DNA of 64,000 nucleotides from Lingula anatina. Its lineage: Eukaryota; Animalia; Brachiopoda. Shown here in pieces: positions 13,287-25,200 of the stretch; position 1 is the first letter of the stretch; the number at the start of each line of letters is the position of its first letter. The notes beneath the pieces are model-generated. The model did not search any database. It had not been told where the DNA came from and worked only from the letters and a program-made list of their open reading frames with translations. The DNA is taken from NCBI GenBank assembly GCA_051362555.1, contig CM120649.1, positions 13,454,001 through 13,518,000 on the forward strand, written 5' to 3'. Made by a program: the position numbers and the translations under genes.

Positions 13287-13298
13287 TTACGTAATGCA
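13287..13298. promoter_or_regulatory. TTACGTAATGCA, candidate PAR-bZIP/D-box element upstream of carboxylesterase 1
   Basis: Contains the palindrome TTACGTAA. The identical 12-mer lies upstream of the paralog at 49794-49805. Confidence 0.35.
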
Positions 13299-13660
13299 TT
13301 AAGAGACAAATGGCTGGCCTAGACAAAGCACTGAATAACATGCCCTGCACCACAGGGAACTCTGGCGTATTTAACAGCGCTCTCGGTTCTAACGTGAATT
13401 GTACTGTACGCTCTAAATTGAAATACATTTACCAGGAGATCGCTGCAAATATACTCTACATATACCCCGGTATAAGGTAGAATTCGAATGTGCCAACGTG
13501 TGTTATAAGACCTGTGTATTATGTATGCATTGCAAAGGACAGACCGAATAAATCAATACTTCCATTAGTGCATTTTATTGCCGTCTCTTCTCTTCTCTAA
13601 CACAATCAGCTCTAGACAAAATTGAATGCCCATGAATAACCAGGGCATTTAAATGAAAAA

Positions 13661-13726
13661 TCTCTCTCTCTCTCTCTAAGTGTGTGTGTGTACTTTTTTT
13701 TTTTTTTTTTTTTTGGGGGGGGGGGG
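13661..13726. repeat. compound (CT)n/(GT)n/poly-T/poly-G tract
   Basis: Directly visible. Confidence 0.85.
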
Positions 13727-13836
13727 TACATGTAGATGAGCACGGCGTTAATGCACACCACCCAACATCAACTTACATGTAGATATGAAAGTTGTAAGGG
13801 GATCCTCAACACATTCATAAAACTATTGTTTACATT

Positions 13837-13871
<35 letters not shown>

Positions 13872-14296
13872 TCACAATTATCATAATCAACATGATTATT
13901 ATCATTATCAATATTTTTTGTTCTTCGGTTTCAGTTTCACCTATTTGTCTTGAGTATCGAATTTAACAAAGAAAACCGAAAAAAAGGCTTTTATGCATTT
14001 ATCGGATAAATAACACATGTACTGTATAATGAACCACGCCTCGATTAGTCAATTAAGTACAACGGTCACTTTATTTCAAAAATAGAGTGGCATACAGTGA
14101 TAAGAATTTCCATCTTTGGATTTGATGTGAACATGCATTGTACTTAATGCTATTTATTGACTTCCATATTTATTTATTGCTACGATAGAGCTCTGTCCAT
14201 TTCATCGTTTTGGTCACCATAGTGACCCCGTGTAACAAGCGCTATAATGATAAAAATATTCCTTTTTGACCCTCCCAAACTCCCCGCAACCTGTTA

Positions 14297-15976
14297 TCAC
14301 TGTGTTTGATTAGTTACATTAAGTCTTTTTTCACAAAGAGCTCTCATATCAAGATTACAGTTGTCATTGCAGGTGAACCACGATTTTTGGTAACTATAAC
14401 CTTTTTCGATATGCATAAACATATAATCATTGGGTGTCATAAAAAAGGTGGTAAAAAAGGACTGGTACTCGTCTGTCCAAAATGTTGGATTAACAACCCT
14501 CTGGCCTGTGCTGTCCCAGACGTAAACTCGGTTTGTCCTGTCGTAGCGTCCGCCCAGCCATGCAGCGACACTTTGTCCATCTGAGAAAGAGCAAAGTGAC
14601 TTTTAAAACTATTTACCAAAATAATAATAATAAATAAATAAATAAATAAATGTAGCGGTGTTATACACGTGTTTTAAAAGTCTAATGCAATATTTAGAAT
14701 AATCGGATGTCAAGAAAACGTCTTATAGTGTGTGTGTTTTCTGTATTTGTGTATTTTGAACTTTTGAAAAGGCTTTATCTACGTCTTTTACTTAACACGA
14801 CCACTTTTCGTAGCATACGTCTCCAGTGAACGAGCTTACCCTTTTTTCTTTTGGCAAAATCTGAGACAAATATCTGCTCCGCCGTTGACCCTATTTCTAC
14901 CAGGTATGCCCCTTTGCTCTTGCAGAAAGCTTTTGCCTCGGTCCACGTCACAGGAGCTGTTCCGTTCATCAGGTAACAGCTCTGCTGAAACTGTTCGAAG
15001 TCAGACGGGCATGTAGGCTCTAGAATTGATATGATAAAACTATCAATGGAAGATCCCCGTGTAGGGTCCGATTGACTGTATTAAGTCTGTAGGAGGGAAT
15101 TTTTATTTTTATGTGGGTGAGGGTTCGAGGTAACCGTTCAAAAATTAGTGACAGAAAAAATAGACGGAAGCGAGTATGCTCTAAGTTGGACATCGGTTGG
15201 CTGAGATTTTTACATCTGACGTAATATTATGATAACTTATTCAAGTGTATATATGCATACATTCGGTTCAAAGAATTGGACATGTCCCTTGGCCCCATGC
15301 TAGCTGCCCTTAAGTCTGACGGGATTAAAAATAAGAAGCAGGGCTAAAAGCAAATCCCCAGTCTCCCCCAGCTCCTACGCCTATGGGCATTTTAATCTTA
15401 AAACATTGCCTTTGTTCCTTCAATTGAAAGTTAGCATCATGAAGCACGGGAAACTTTTTAAAAGTAGAAGCGTTTCAGGATAAGCGAAGTGTTTTTTAGT
15501 CTACTAATATCAAAACATAGGCCTACTGTTTTAAAGCGCCACTTACTGGTCATGGTTGTCAACTTAGTGGTTGCTGTTGTAGTGGTTGTGCTGGTAGTGA
15601 TGGTGGTGGTAGTCTCTTTAGATGATGCAATGGTCTGCTCATCTGACGTCAGCCTTTTTTGAGTTGAGGTCAGTGTTCTTTGGGTTGACGTCATCTTAGA
15701 AAGAGCCTGCATACATCTCAAATACTCTGATTTCAGAAACTTCAACGTACTCTCCGCGAGGCTGATTTCAAAGTCCAATCCCAAACTCCGCCCAAGAATT
15801 GGACTCTTTCCGAGCTGGGAGGTGTACACGTCGTGGCAGCCATCTTTCTCCAGAATACGATGCATTTCTAGGATTTGATACTGCAAAGTACGGAGAAGGA
15901 TGCGTTGGCCATTTTCACTCCTTTGCTGCGCTCGGACGACGAGCAGGAGAACGCTGAGGATCAAGACGGTTCTCAT
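14297..15976 (-). CDS. Secreted C-type lectin-domain protein with Thr-rich (mucin-like) stalk, 3 exons (15976-15547, 15019-14840, 14580-14297)
   Basis: Signal peptide MRTVLILSVLLLVVRA; Thr run; CPSDFEQFQQSCY..TWTEAKAFC..GAYLVEI..EQ; WLGG..VWD; WFTCNDNC..ALCEK. The phase-1 junctions join in frame to TGA at 14297-14299. Confidence 0.88.
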
Positions 15977-16560
15977 GGCGGAAAGGCAAATGACGACAGC
16001 GCATGCTAAGGCTATATTTATTATCGTATTTGAGGATACCAAGGTGCTAAATTTCTGGCTATACCCCCACCCCCGTAAAATGATTAATTTACAAGTATAG
16101 GTATTTTGAAAAATGGCAAATAACCACTTGTTTTAGATTGAGAAAATCCTATGCTAGACAAAAAAAAACTGTTCAGATGTTTTTAAAATCATATCTGTGT
16201 ATTACTTTCTTCATTGAATCTCGCAGAAGACTTAAAACGTCACATTTGCGAAAGTGTCAGGATATTCTTTTAGAGCCACATGCATATTGAATTGCGACTC
16301 CCTACATATGTTTTTTTCACAGCTAGATGTCCCTTAAAGCGTGTCATCCACTGTGTACGCAGGTGACACAATTGACACGTTTTTATCTCACCTGACCGCC
16401 ATTTTGTCAAAATTTAATGCTAACGTATGTCGTTCATCCTGGGAGCATATTTTTACTGTTGAAATAATAATTGAAGATGGTGATTACATACAATAATTGT
16501 ATGCCTTTTCATAAACTTCAGAATCTTTTCATTGGCCATACATGTACCTCATTTGACTAA

Positions 16561-16784
16561 GGGACCGTTCACATGGAAAGTCTATTTTCTAAAAATCTAT
16601 TTTCTATTCGCGGTATCTTGTAATCACTCCGAGCGCAGCCGAGAATTAATTACAGCTTTGGAAGTACCTGGCTCGCGCTGCCAGTAATTACGCCGCGGGG
16701 TATTCAGGGCACAGACAGTGATCACAAGATACCGCGAATAGAAAATAGATTTTTAGAAAATAGACTTGTCATGTGAACGGGGCC
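16561..16784. mobile_element. PIF/Harbinger (Tourist-like) MITE
   Basis: ~65-bp imperfect TIRs (GGGACCGTTCACATG... / ...CATGTGAACGGGGCC) flanked by a TAA target duplication. Confidence 0.9.
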
Positions 16785-17420
16785 TAAGTACTGGTACTAT
16801 GAATTCAAGAAGAAATCGGATTTTATTTGAAACATGTACTTTATCATGGAAAATATTCAAAACATGAACGCTCCACAAGATGAAATATATATATTTTTTG
16901 CAATACTGTTCAAGAAAATAATATCAACGAAGATCAAACATTTTATAGACGTTGCCTATTTTACAGATACGAATATTACGAAATTTTCAATCCATTCATT
17001 ATACCTCCAGTTGGATCCCCCTATCGGCGCTGTAATATCTATTGTTGAAATTCTGGACGAGGGGCTTCAAAGTCAACAGCATTAAAGTCTAATCAGATGT
17101 TACCAATAACAGGTGTACGCCTATCCTTGGCGACCGATCGATTTCGTATCTAAAACGAAGCCAATTATTTTCAGCATGCATATATTGCGCCTGCCTTAAG
17201 ATAAACAAGTGGCACCGATTTTTTCACAGGTAGGTAGATCACTTTGATGTTGCTCGTTGAAGGCTGATGGGACTTGTTACTTCTTGAATAAGTCCGTAGA
17301 ATGCATTACAGGGGCCTTGGGGGAAATGGTTTTGCAGGACAGGGCAAGCGATAACGAAGTCAACTTAGAAAAACAGCTAAAAAAAAACTGACGCAGTAGA
17401 ATTTAACTTAGAGTGCAATA

Positions 17421-17571
17421 TATCTTAAAGTGCGTCAATTTCTTGCCAATAGCACCTTTCAGGTAATTGAAGTATTACGGATTCACTTGAACGCTTATCT
17501 TAAAGTGCGTCAATTTCTTGCCAATAGCACCTTTCAGGTAATTGAAGTATTACGGAATCACTTGAACGCTT
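17421..17571. repeat. 75-bp tandem duplication (2 copies)
   Basis: tatcttaaagtgcgtcaatttcttgcc...cacttgaacgct starts at 17421 and again at 17496, nearly identical. Confidence 0.95.
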
Positions 17572-18061
17572 ACACAGCGTTTGACACAAACTACTTACGG
17601 AATTTGGCTCTGTAGAACTGATTTAAGAACTTTAAAATAAGTTTACAGTAAGCTACCATATTTTCAAGGTTGGATACGGGTGAGTATGCTGTAGCGATAC
17701 CAAATGCAAGTGCGATATATCATGCGCCTCTTTTTCTAAATTCTTCGGCAGAACACCGCTTTTTGTTTCCTATTGAGATCCACGTCTCTGTATTGTTAAT
17801 GGCGTAACATGTTTTGTAATACCCCGCCATAGTTAACATGGCGGTTAAATGTGTATGTTCGTGCACTGTCAGGTATTGGCTAACAAGGGAGCAGGTGATT
17901 ATTTTGTATGTTGTCAAATACGTACTTTCTTCTTTTGATAATACGTTATATGCAAACCTTTAGTTCAAGTTAATTTCTACGTGGTTTAATTTCCATATCA
18001 AAATGGCGAATAGAAATAAGCAGCGGCTGTTGTTTTAGAGCTGGTCACCACATATTCTAGA

Positions 18062-18063
<2 letters not shown>

Positions 18064-18098
<35 letters not shown>
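18064..18098. repeat. (AT)n microsatellite
   Basis: Directly visible. Confidence 0.95.
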
Positions 18099-18101
<3 letters not shown>

Positions 18102-18139
18102 AAACTTGTCTCATCTACTCTCTATCATTCATATTTCAG

Positions 18140-19820
18140 ATGGCTGTCCTGGTGTTCGCATTGGCAATACTGCTGACTTGTTTGCAAGTACAATGTTAGT
18201 AAATACCACCTTTTTGATTTTGTTAAGTACCTTTTTAATTTTTGATCATCAGTTATTTTTTTGTTAAATTATTTGTGTGTTTATTTATTTATTTGTAAAC
18301 TGGGGGATTAAGTTTTTACGAAAGATATCTCTTTTAGAAGGAGCCAAAAGTTGAGAGAAGACTCTATTTGGACACCGGTATTTTTATAATAAAATCTAGT
18401 CCCACCATTATCCAAGCTTTACCCATAGACATTTTCTCAATTAAGAGAAAATATACTTAAATCACAGTCTTTCTCCTTTCTACAGCAGCTGAAGGTGGCG
18501 TCGCCTATTGTCCTACCTTTGAGAAAACATACGGCATGTGTATATCTCCGGCCAACACAGCCGTAGACTATGAGACGGCCAAGGCCAGCTGCAAGGACTT
18601 TTGCGGTACACTGATGAACACAAAGACGTCCTCCAGCCATTTCACGTTGATGTTTTATCTCCTGTAAGTAAACAAGCGGAAGCCTTTTATGATAAATGTA
18701 CATGACGCTGGGCCAGGGCTTGGTTTACAGGGTACGTTCAGAGGCACAAAAATGCTTCTTATTTCTAAGCTCAATAGCTTCAACAGTGTTGACGATATTG
18801 CAATGGCATTTATGATATTTTAGGAAAATGTCGTTTTCATTAAATGCTAATAATCTCATGACACTACCTTTTTAAATTTTGGTTCACCGTAAAAATTAAA
18901 TCTTCAGTCAAAAATACCATGCCAGTGTGACGTACGTGACAGACAGTTCCCGTGATAGAGAGCCCGTTCCCAGTAACATGTGACAGGTAAACATCGCCCT
19001 AGATTTTGAACCCCTCACGTCTACCAACCCTAATCTGCACTCCCTGTTACTGGCCTATGTGACATCCGACAGGTGCCAGTGTCTGGCAGTATTAACATCC
19101 ACCTGTCAGTGTATTTTTGATATAATGATAATATCAAAACTGTTTCACTTTTATACTTAAAAATGTTCAGGGTGGACCAATAATAATGATAATAATAATT
19201 ATAATAATGTTTTAAAAATCTGAGCAAAATTCAATTCAAAACATTGTGAACGATTGAAGTATTGTACATTGAAGTCTGTCATCACAGTGGATGGAATGGT
19301 ATATGATTGCACATAATTTTTTCTTTAGCTACCATATTATTATTGAGGTGCACTCATCTTTCTTTATCCACTCTGTGATAATAGTATAAATATTAGATAT
19401 ATGCGTTCTAATGAAGAGTAAAAAGGCGTCTCATAGGTAGAAAGGTAAGTCTCTTCAGAAACAATTTGATCTTTTATAGTGTTATTATTTATTTATATTA
19501 ATATTAATATTATTGTTAAAGCCAACATTTAGTCCATTTAATCATTCCGTCTGTTTTGAGGACCTGCCAGAGGTCAATCCGTGTGATTAGATTGGTCAAG
19601 GCCTAGAAGAGTTGTTTGAAGAATCCCCGGCTGCCCGTAAACGTATGGACTATAAGTTTAAGTGATCTGGCCCAGACCCGACTCAATAATAATATTGTAG
19701 CTAAAGAAAAAAATATGTGCAATCATATACCATGCCATCCACTGTGATGACGAACTTCATTGTTCAATAACTTCAACAGATCACAAGGTTTTGAATTGAA
19801 TTTTGCTCAGATTTTAAAAA

Positions 19821-19857
<37 letters not shown>

Positions 19858-21682
19858 GGTCAACTCTGAGAAGATCAAGTGTAAAAGTGAAACAGTTTTG
19901 ATATTATCATCATATCAAAAATATAGTCTATGTGAACGCACTTCTTTACTGTACAGTATTGAAATAAACTAATGGAGCTAGAACCCACCAATTTTAACTG
20001 AGACACGCCTAATTAACTCCTCTAGAATGCCTTTTAAAAATGCAGACACTGTCAGAAAAAACACTAAATTATTAATGATTGGTGATGTTCAGTGTGAACA
20101 GATACAATAACAGTGAAAATCAACGAGTGTTTTGTGTGTTAAGAGGAATAAGTGAAAACATGGTGAGTACTTAAATAGGTCTTTTTTCTTATCATGCTTG
20201 TTGCGCAACAAGCATAGTTGATAAATCTTCCACATACTAAGGAAAAAAAAGCCATCAGAATAATGACCCTACACAGGGGCGGATCAAGGATTAGTTGAAA
20301 GGGGGGGGGGGGAGGGTCCGCGAATGCGAAGCCGATTCCCCCTTAATTAACATCTTTAATCATTTTATCTCGTATGATAAAGTTCAATTGGCTTTTTGGT
20401 ATTAGACTTTATTTTAAGACATATTTTTGTCTCATAAGTATAACCACTTATTATTTTCATCTTAGGAAGCCTTGTAAAGTCTAATAACATTTCAGAAAAT
20501 TTAGACTCTAAATAAATACATCATAAGTAATTACTATTTGTAACTGACAAAGTGGAGTGGAAACAGAACATAAGCTCAATAGAAAATCAATAAGCCTCTT
20601 GTGAGTGGAAAGGATCCACAGCGATGCGGAGAAGTTTTTTTCATCGCTTACAAATTTAAATAATGCCCTGGGAGAAACAGAGAGAGTTGACATGTCCACT
20701 TACACAGGGATCAAACGAAAGCAGAAACAATGATTTAGTTCTAGGGACAATGTTGAATAATGAGGAAGCACCATCAATAAAAATGTATGGCAATTATTTT
20801 ACGTATAAAAGTATAAAAGTCAGTGCAACGAAGTGGACACGTTTGGCACCTAGACAAGTGAGCAATTGTTTTCTTCACTTTTTCTTTCATTTTTGCATAT
20901 ATTATTATTATTATTATTATTATTATTATCTTTATTGTGTTCTATATGGTGTCTTTCTTTGGTGACATCAATAGTACATGCACATACATTGAAACAATCA
21001 ATGACAGTGTTGAGATATTTTCATAGAATACACATATGTTGTTAGGTAAACACATATAGATAATTGAAACAATAAAAAGTCCTTAATATTTAATATGCCG
21101 TATTTGTTTAATGTTCAGATCAATCTTATAGAAAAAGAGCGCTGTAGGTGACAAACTATGATTTTCACTTGGGAAAAAATGGGTGATAAAAATGAAACAA
21201 AAGGAAACCTATGTATATTTTATATGTTAACTACAGAATAACGAGACACGTAAACACGTAGCCATTAATTGCTAATACCCCATGACGAAGATATACTCCA
21301 TTACGCATGTAAACTCCACAGGAACCAATGTATAATAAAAAGGCCGTTAAACAATTCTATTGGAATTTTGTAACTGGCATGTTTATTCAGTTGTCTGAGT
21401 AGGATCCCTTTTTTGTGAATCCTAACACAGAGCATTAAAATGCAAACAAAATGCCTGACGTTACGAACCATGGTCCACAAATAACACCATCTATAACCCA
21501 GTGAGTTTGGTACATGGTGTTATTTCTCAACAATAAGTTACTGAAGGCATTCTTTAAAAATTTCACTTTAATATATTTAAAGCATCTCTCTGGACCAAAA
21601 TTGAAATCTCCTCTCAGTCAATCATTTTATCTTGCACCACAACTCATTCACATTGTTCATTAATATTAAAAGCAAAACCTTC

Positions 21683-21725
<43 letters not shown>

Positions 21726-22172
21726 CTTACTTTATAAAAGTATATTATATGAGCGAAAGGATAAGTATCACTTAAACGTACCGAAATTTTCATGTCAAAT
21801 ATATTATGTCTCCCCAACTTGCAGCGCCAAGGGCGTGGCAGATTCCGTATGGGTGGGGCTCAGCAACAACGACACTGGTGGTTCCACATCCGACTTCAGT
21901 GATTTTACCTGGGGTGACGGAGAGAGCATCAACTACATAGGTACATAACACCATTCGGTGGTACTTGTAATATACCCAACCTGTTCGGTCTACACTGAAA
22001 ATACACGCCAAGCTTCAAATCTGCAAAATGTTTATTTCAGTGAAGTAGGTAATTCAAGGGGGTGGTAGTTGGACAGACGCGAACATTTTGTCATATGTAT
22101 TATATATTTTCATTATGAATCTTTCACTCAACCTCGCCTTCGTGCCTGATTATCTTGTCTTATGGTTATGTT

Positions 22173-22223
<51 letters not shown>

Positions 22224-25200
22224 TTATTTTTATTATTTTGTGTCATAAATTACTTACATATCTCTTGCCAACAGTGATAAGTGACAGTAACAAGTTATCA
22301 GGTGAGCTCTGACGCTGTCAACAGACACCTGGTTTCAGCTTCAGAACTGCCTTAGACCACATTCAAAACAGTGGACTAGCTAGTCCGAGGGTCAAATATG
22401 GCGACCCGCAACAAAGCTTGCCGTCTAATCCGCTAATAAACACTGAATAGATTTCCTGTGGGGAAGTATTCAAGTCGGTCGTTCATATTTGACCCTCGGA
22501 CTAGTTAGTCTGTTCTGAATGTGGCCTTAGACTTATTTATCTTGTTTCAGCTACAGATGGTAACCCTGGTGAAGTGACGGGCTCGTGTCAAGGAGTGACG
22601 ATGACCCCCACAGGACTTGGAGTTTGGACCCGGCAGGACTGTACGTCCACTTCGGGATACGTGTGCCAGAGATTGCTGGGGAATCCTCAAAGTACCATCA
22701 CATTATATATAATTAGCCATTGGCATCACCTTTTCTCGTTCCTTATTAAATGATATACATATAGTATGTGATTTCAGAATATACATGTACCTTTGACAGT
22801 GAATAACGCAGAACCTTCTCCTTTTCAATCGTGGGTTTCTTATTTGTAGCGTTTATAATGTTTTTAAAACTATAAATGTCCTATAAATGCCAGATGAAAC
22901 AGCAATCACTGTACGGTAGTTACGTAGTGTAGATCTGTTAATTTTCAAATCACACTTCAAATTGGTAAACTGTAATTTTCTAATCCCCACAAGCCCAGTG
23001 TTTTGGTCATTATCAATCCTTCAGCGCATTGGTTTCTCCTGAAGTGTAGTATTTGAAATGAAACTTTTCTAGTCGAATTTATTGTTCTATTAACATGAAA
23101 CGTGTCCTTTCTACAGGCTCCGCGTGCACCCACCCCGTCCTCAGCTCCCATCTGCACTCATCTCCGAATTACGGGTGGTGCTCTGTGGGAACCGACTGTT
23201 GCACCGTGGACACCACTGTGTCGTTTACCTGCGATCCCGGCTGGTATCTCAGTGGTCCTGGCGCCTTTCATTGTGAGGCCGATGGCCTGTGGTCCTCGAA
23301 TTCCTATTTAACCTACGATTATACTTACTCAACATGTTTACGTAAGTTGCGTGAAGGAATATGGATGTAGTAAGCGGGAGGGAGTGATGAACATAGATGC
23401 AGGTTCTGATTCTAAGTGCCTCACCCTCAGCGTTGCTTTTACTTTATTAAGACACGATTAACTGGTGTGCCATTATTTATAGAAACAGACCTGGTGTAGA
23501 AAGAGTAAAGAAAAAACTGGGTGTTGTTGCATAAGGTGTCTTAATGAACTGATAGATCTTTCTGTCAACATAATTAATAATAACAGTGCACGTTTTTCGA
23601 ACGCATTGTCTTGAACTAATAATCGTTTTAATTATTCATTAATTCACCTATCCATACATTTATTATTGATGTGTTAATTATTACAATTTCCAGCCAGACA
23701 ATGTCCCACAATCAACATCCCTGCTGAGAATCACGTGAATGTGACGTCAACAATTGGCAGGATGACGGACACTGTGACGTTTTTCTGTCACACTGGTTAC
23801 GTCATGGCGGACTCCAGTACCACCGTGACCAGCCAGTGTACATGGAATGCCACTCTAGGAGGCATGGCGTGGACAGTGGCGACACCAATGTGTTACGGTG
23901 GGTTATTTACCGTACATAAAGTATGCATGTACATGTATTAGCTTTCCCTTGTTTCCTCATGTAGTGAATTGGGTACGTTCAGGCCCCTCTGTTATATGCC
24001 TATACCGTAGTCCATAATATGAATATTCAATATTTGTTCGAATTTATATGATTTAACCCATTCTTAGAGGTCGATTATAAAACAAAGCACTGCACATGAT
24101 AGAGAGTTCGCTTCCCATTCATTTGTACAGGTTAAGCCTCACCCTAGATTTTGACTCACTTAGGTCAGACTAACCCTAACCGTTATAACTATATGGAGGG
24201 CGGACTTTCTGTTACACGGACCCTCAGTTTCGTTACACACACGTTGGGCTAGAAAATGCCATGCAAGGCTTTATATTTGCAACCGATTTTATTTTTTCGA
24301 AATAATGCTCTCGGCAACCATGATATCAAGTATATCCGCATTAAAGAAAACATAAAGCGAAAAGAAAATATTTAATATTTGGTATTTTCTAACTTTTATC
24401 TTACTTCCACCTCATTAGCTATACCTTGTCCGGATTTGACGATCGACCCAAACGGAAATTACAACTGCACAAGCATCAGCGGAACTTCTGGAGATTCGGT
24501 CACGTGCTACTGTTACCCTGGTTACGTATATGATGACGGCACATCCATCCAGGTATTTAACTGTACCTTGGGCAGGGGAAAACCAGAGTGGTCCAATGAA
24601 CTGATGTCATGCATGAGTAAGCAATTTAAAATGATAAATATATATGTAAAATCTGTGAAGACTTTTTTTATTACATTTCAAATAAAATGTGCTTATTTGC
24701 ATGCATTCCATTGTTGTTTCGTTTCCCATCTTCTTCATTTAGATATTTTATATATTATTTGAAACTTTTATTATTTTTAATGAATTAACTTAAAAAAATT
24801 ATGATTCACTGTAACTGCGATGTTTGAGGGGTATTAATTGTATATCGTTTGATCGAGGCCTAACGTCAGGAGAAAATAAGTAGCTTTGCTAGGTATTTAG
24901 ATTTGAAATATGAATTTGGGACATTTTTAAATGCGTACGATATATACCTTTAACACTTAAGGTCCATGATATATGATTAAGCTCAACAACACCTCAATAG
25001 TTAAACTTTCCCTTCATCCGGCATCAAATAAATAGTTATTTTTTGAGTGATATTCATTCGGTACTTTTCCCACTCATTTGTTATGCCTTTCCAAATTTCT
25101 TTTTTAAATCAATTTCTTTCCTTATTTCATGTTTTCTTTATTGTGTTCTATTTTGATCTTTCTACTTCTTTTGTCTCTGTCCAATGTTTTTTCTCTTTCC

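Noticed and set aside
20480-21560. Coding-looking stretch in PKD1L intron 2
   Set aside because: Multiple stops and no recognisable motif; possibly an old TE remnant but not assignable.
24168-24182. TAACCCTAAC telomere-like motif (also ~39181)
   Set aside because: Fewer than two full units; likely part of a dispersed repeat, not an interstitial telomere.
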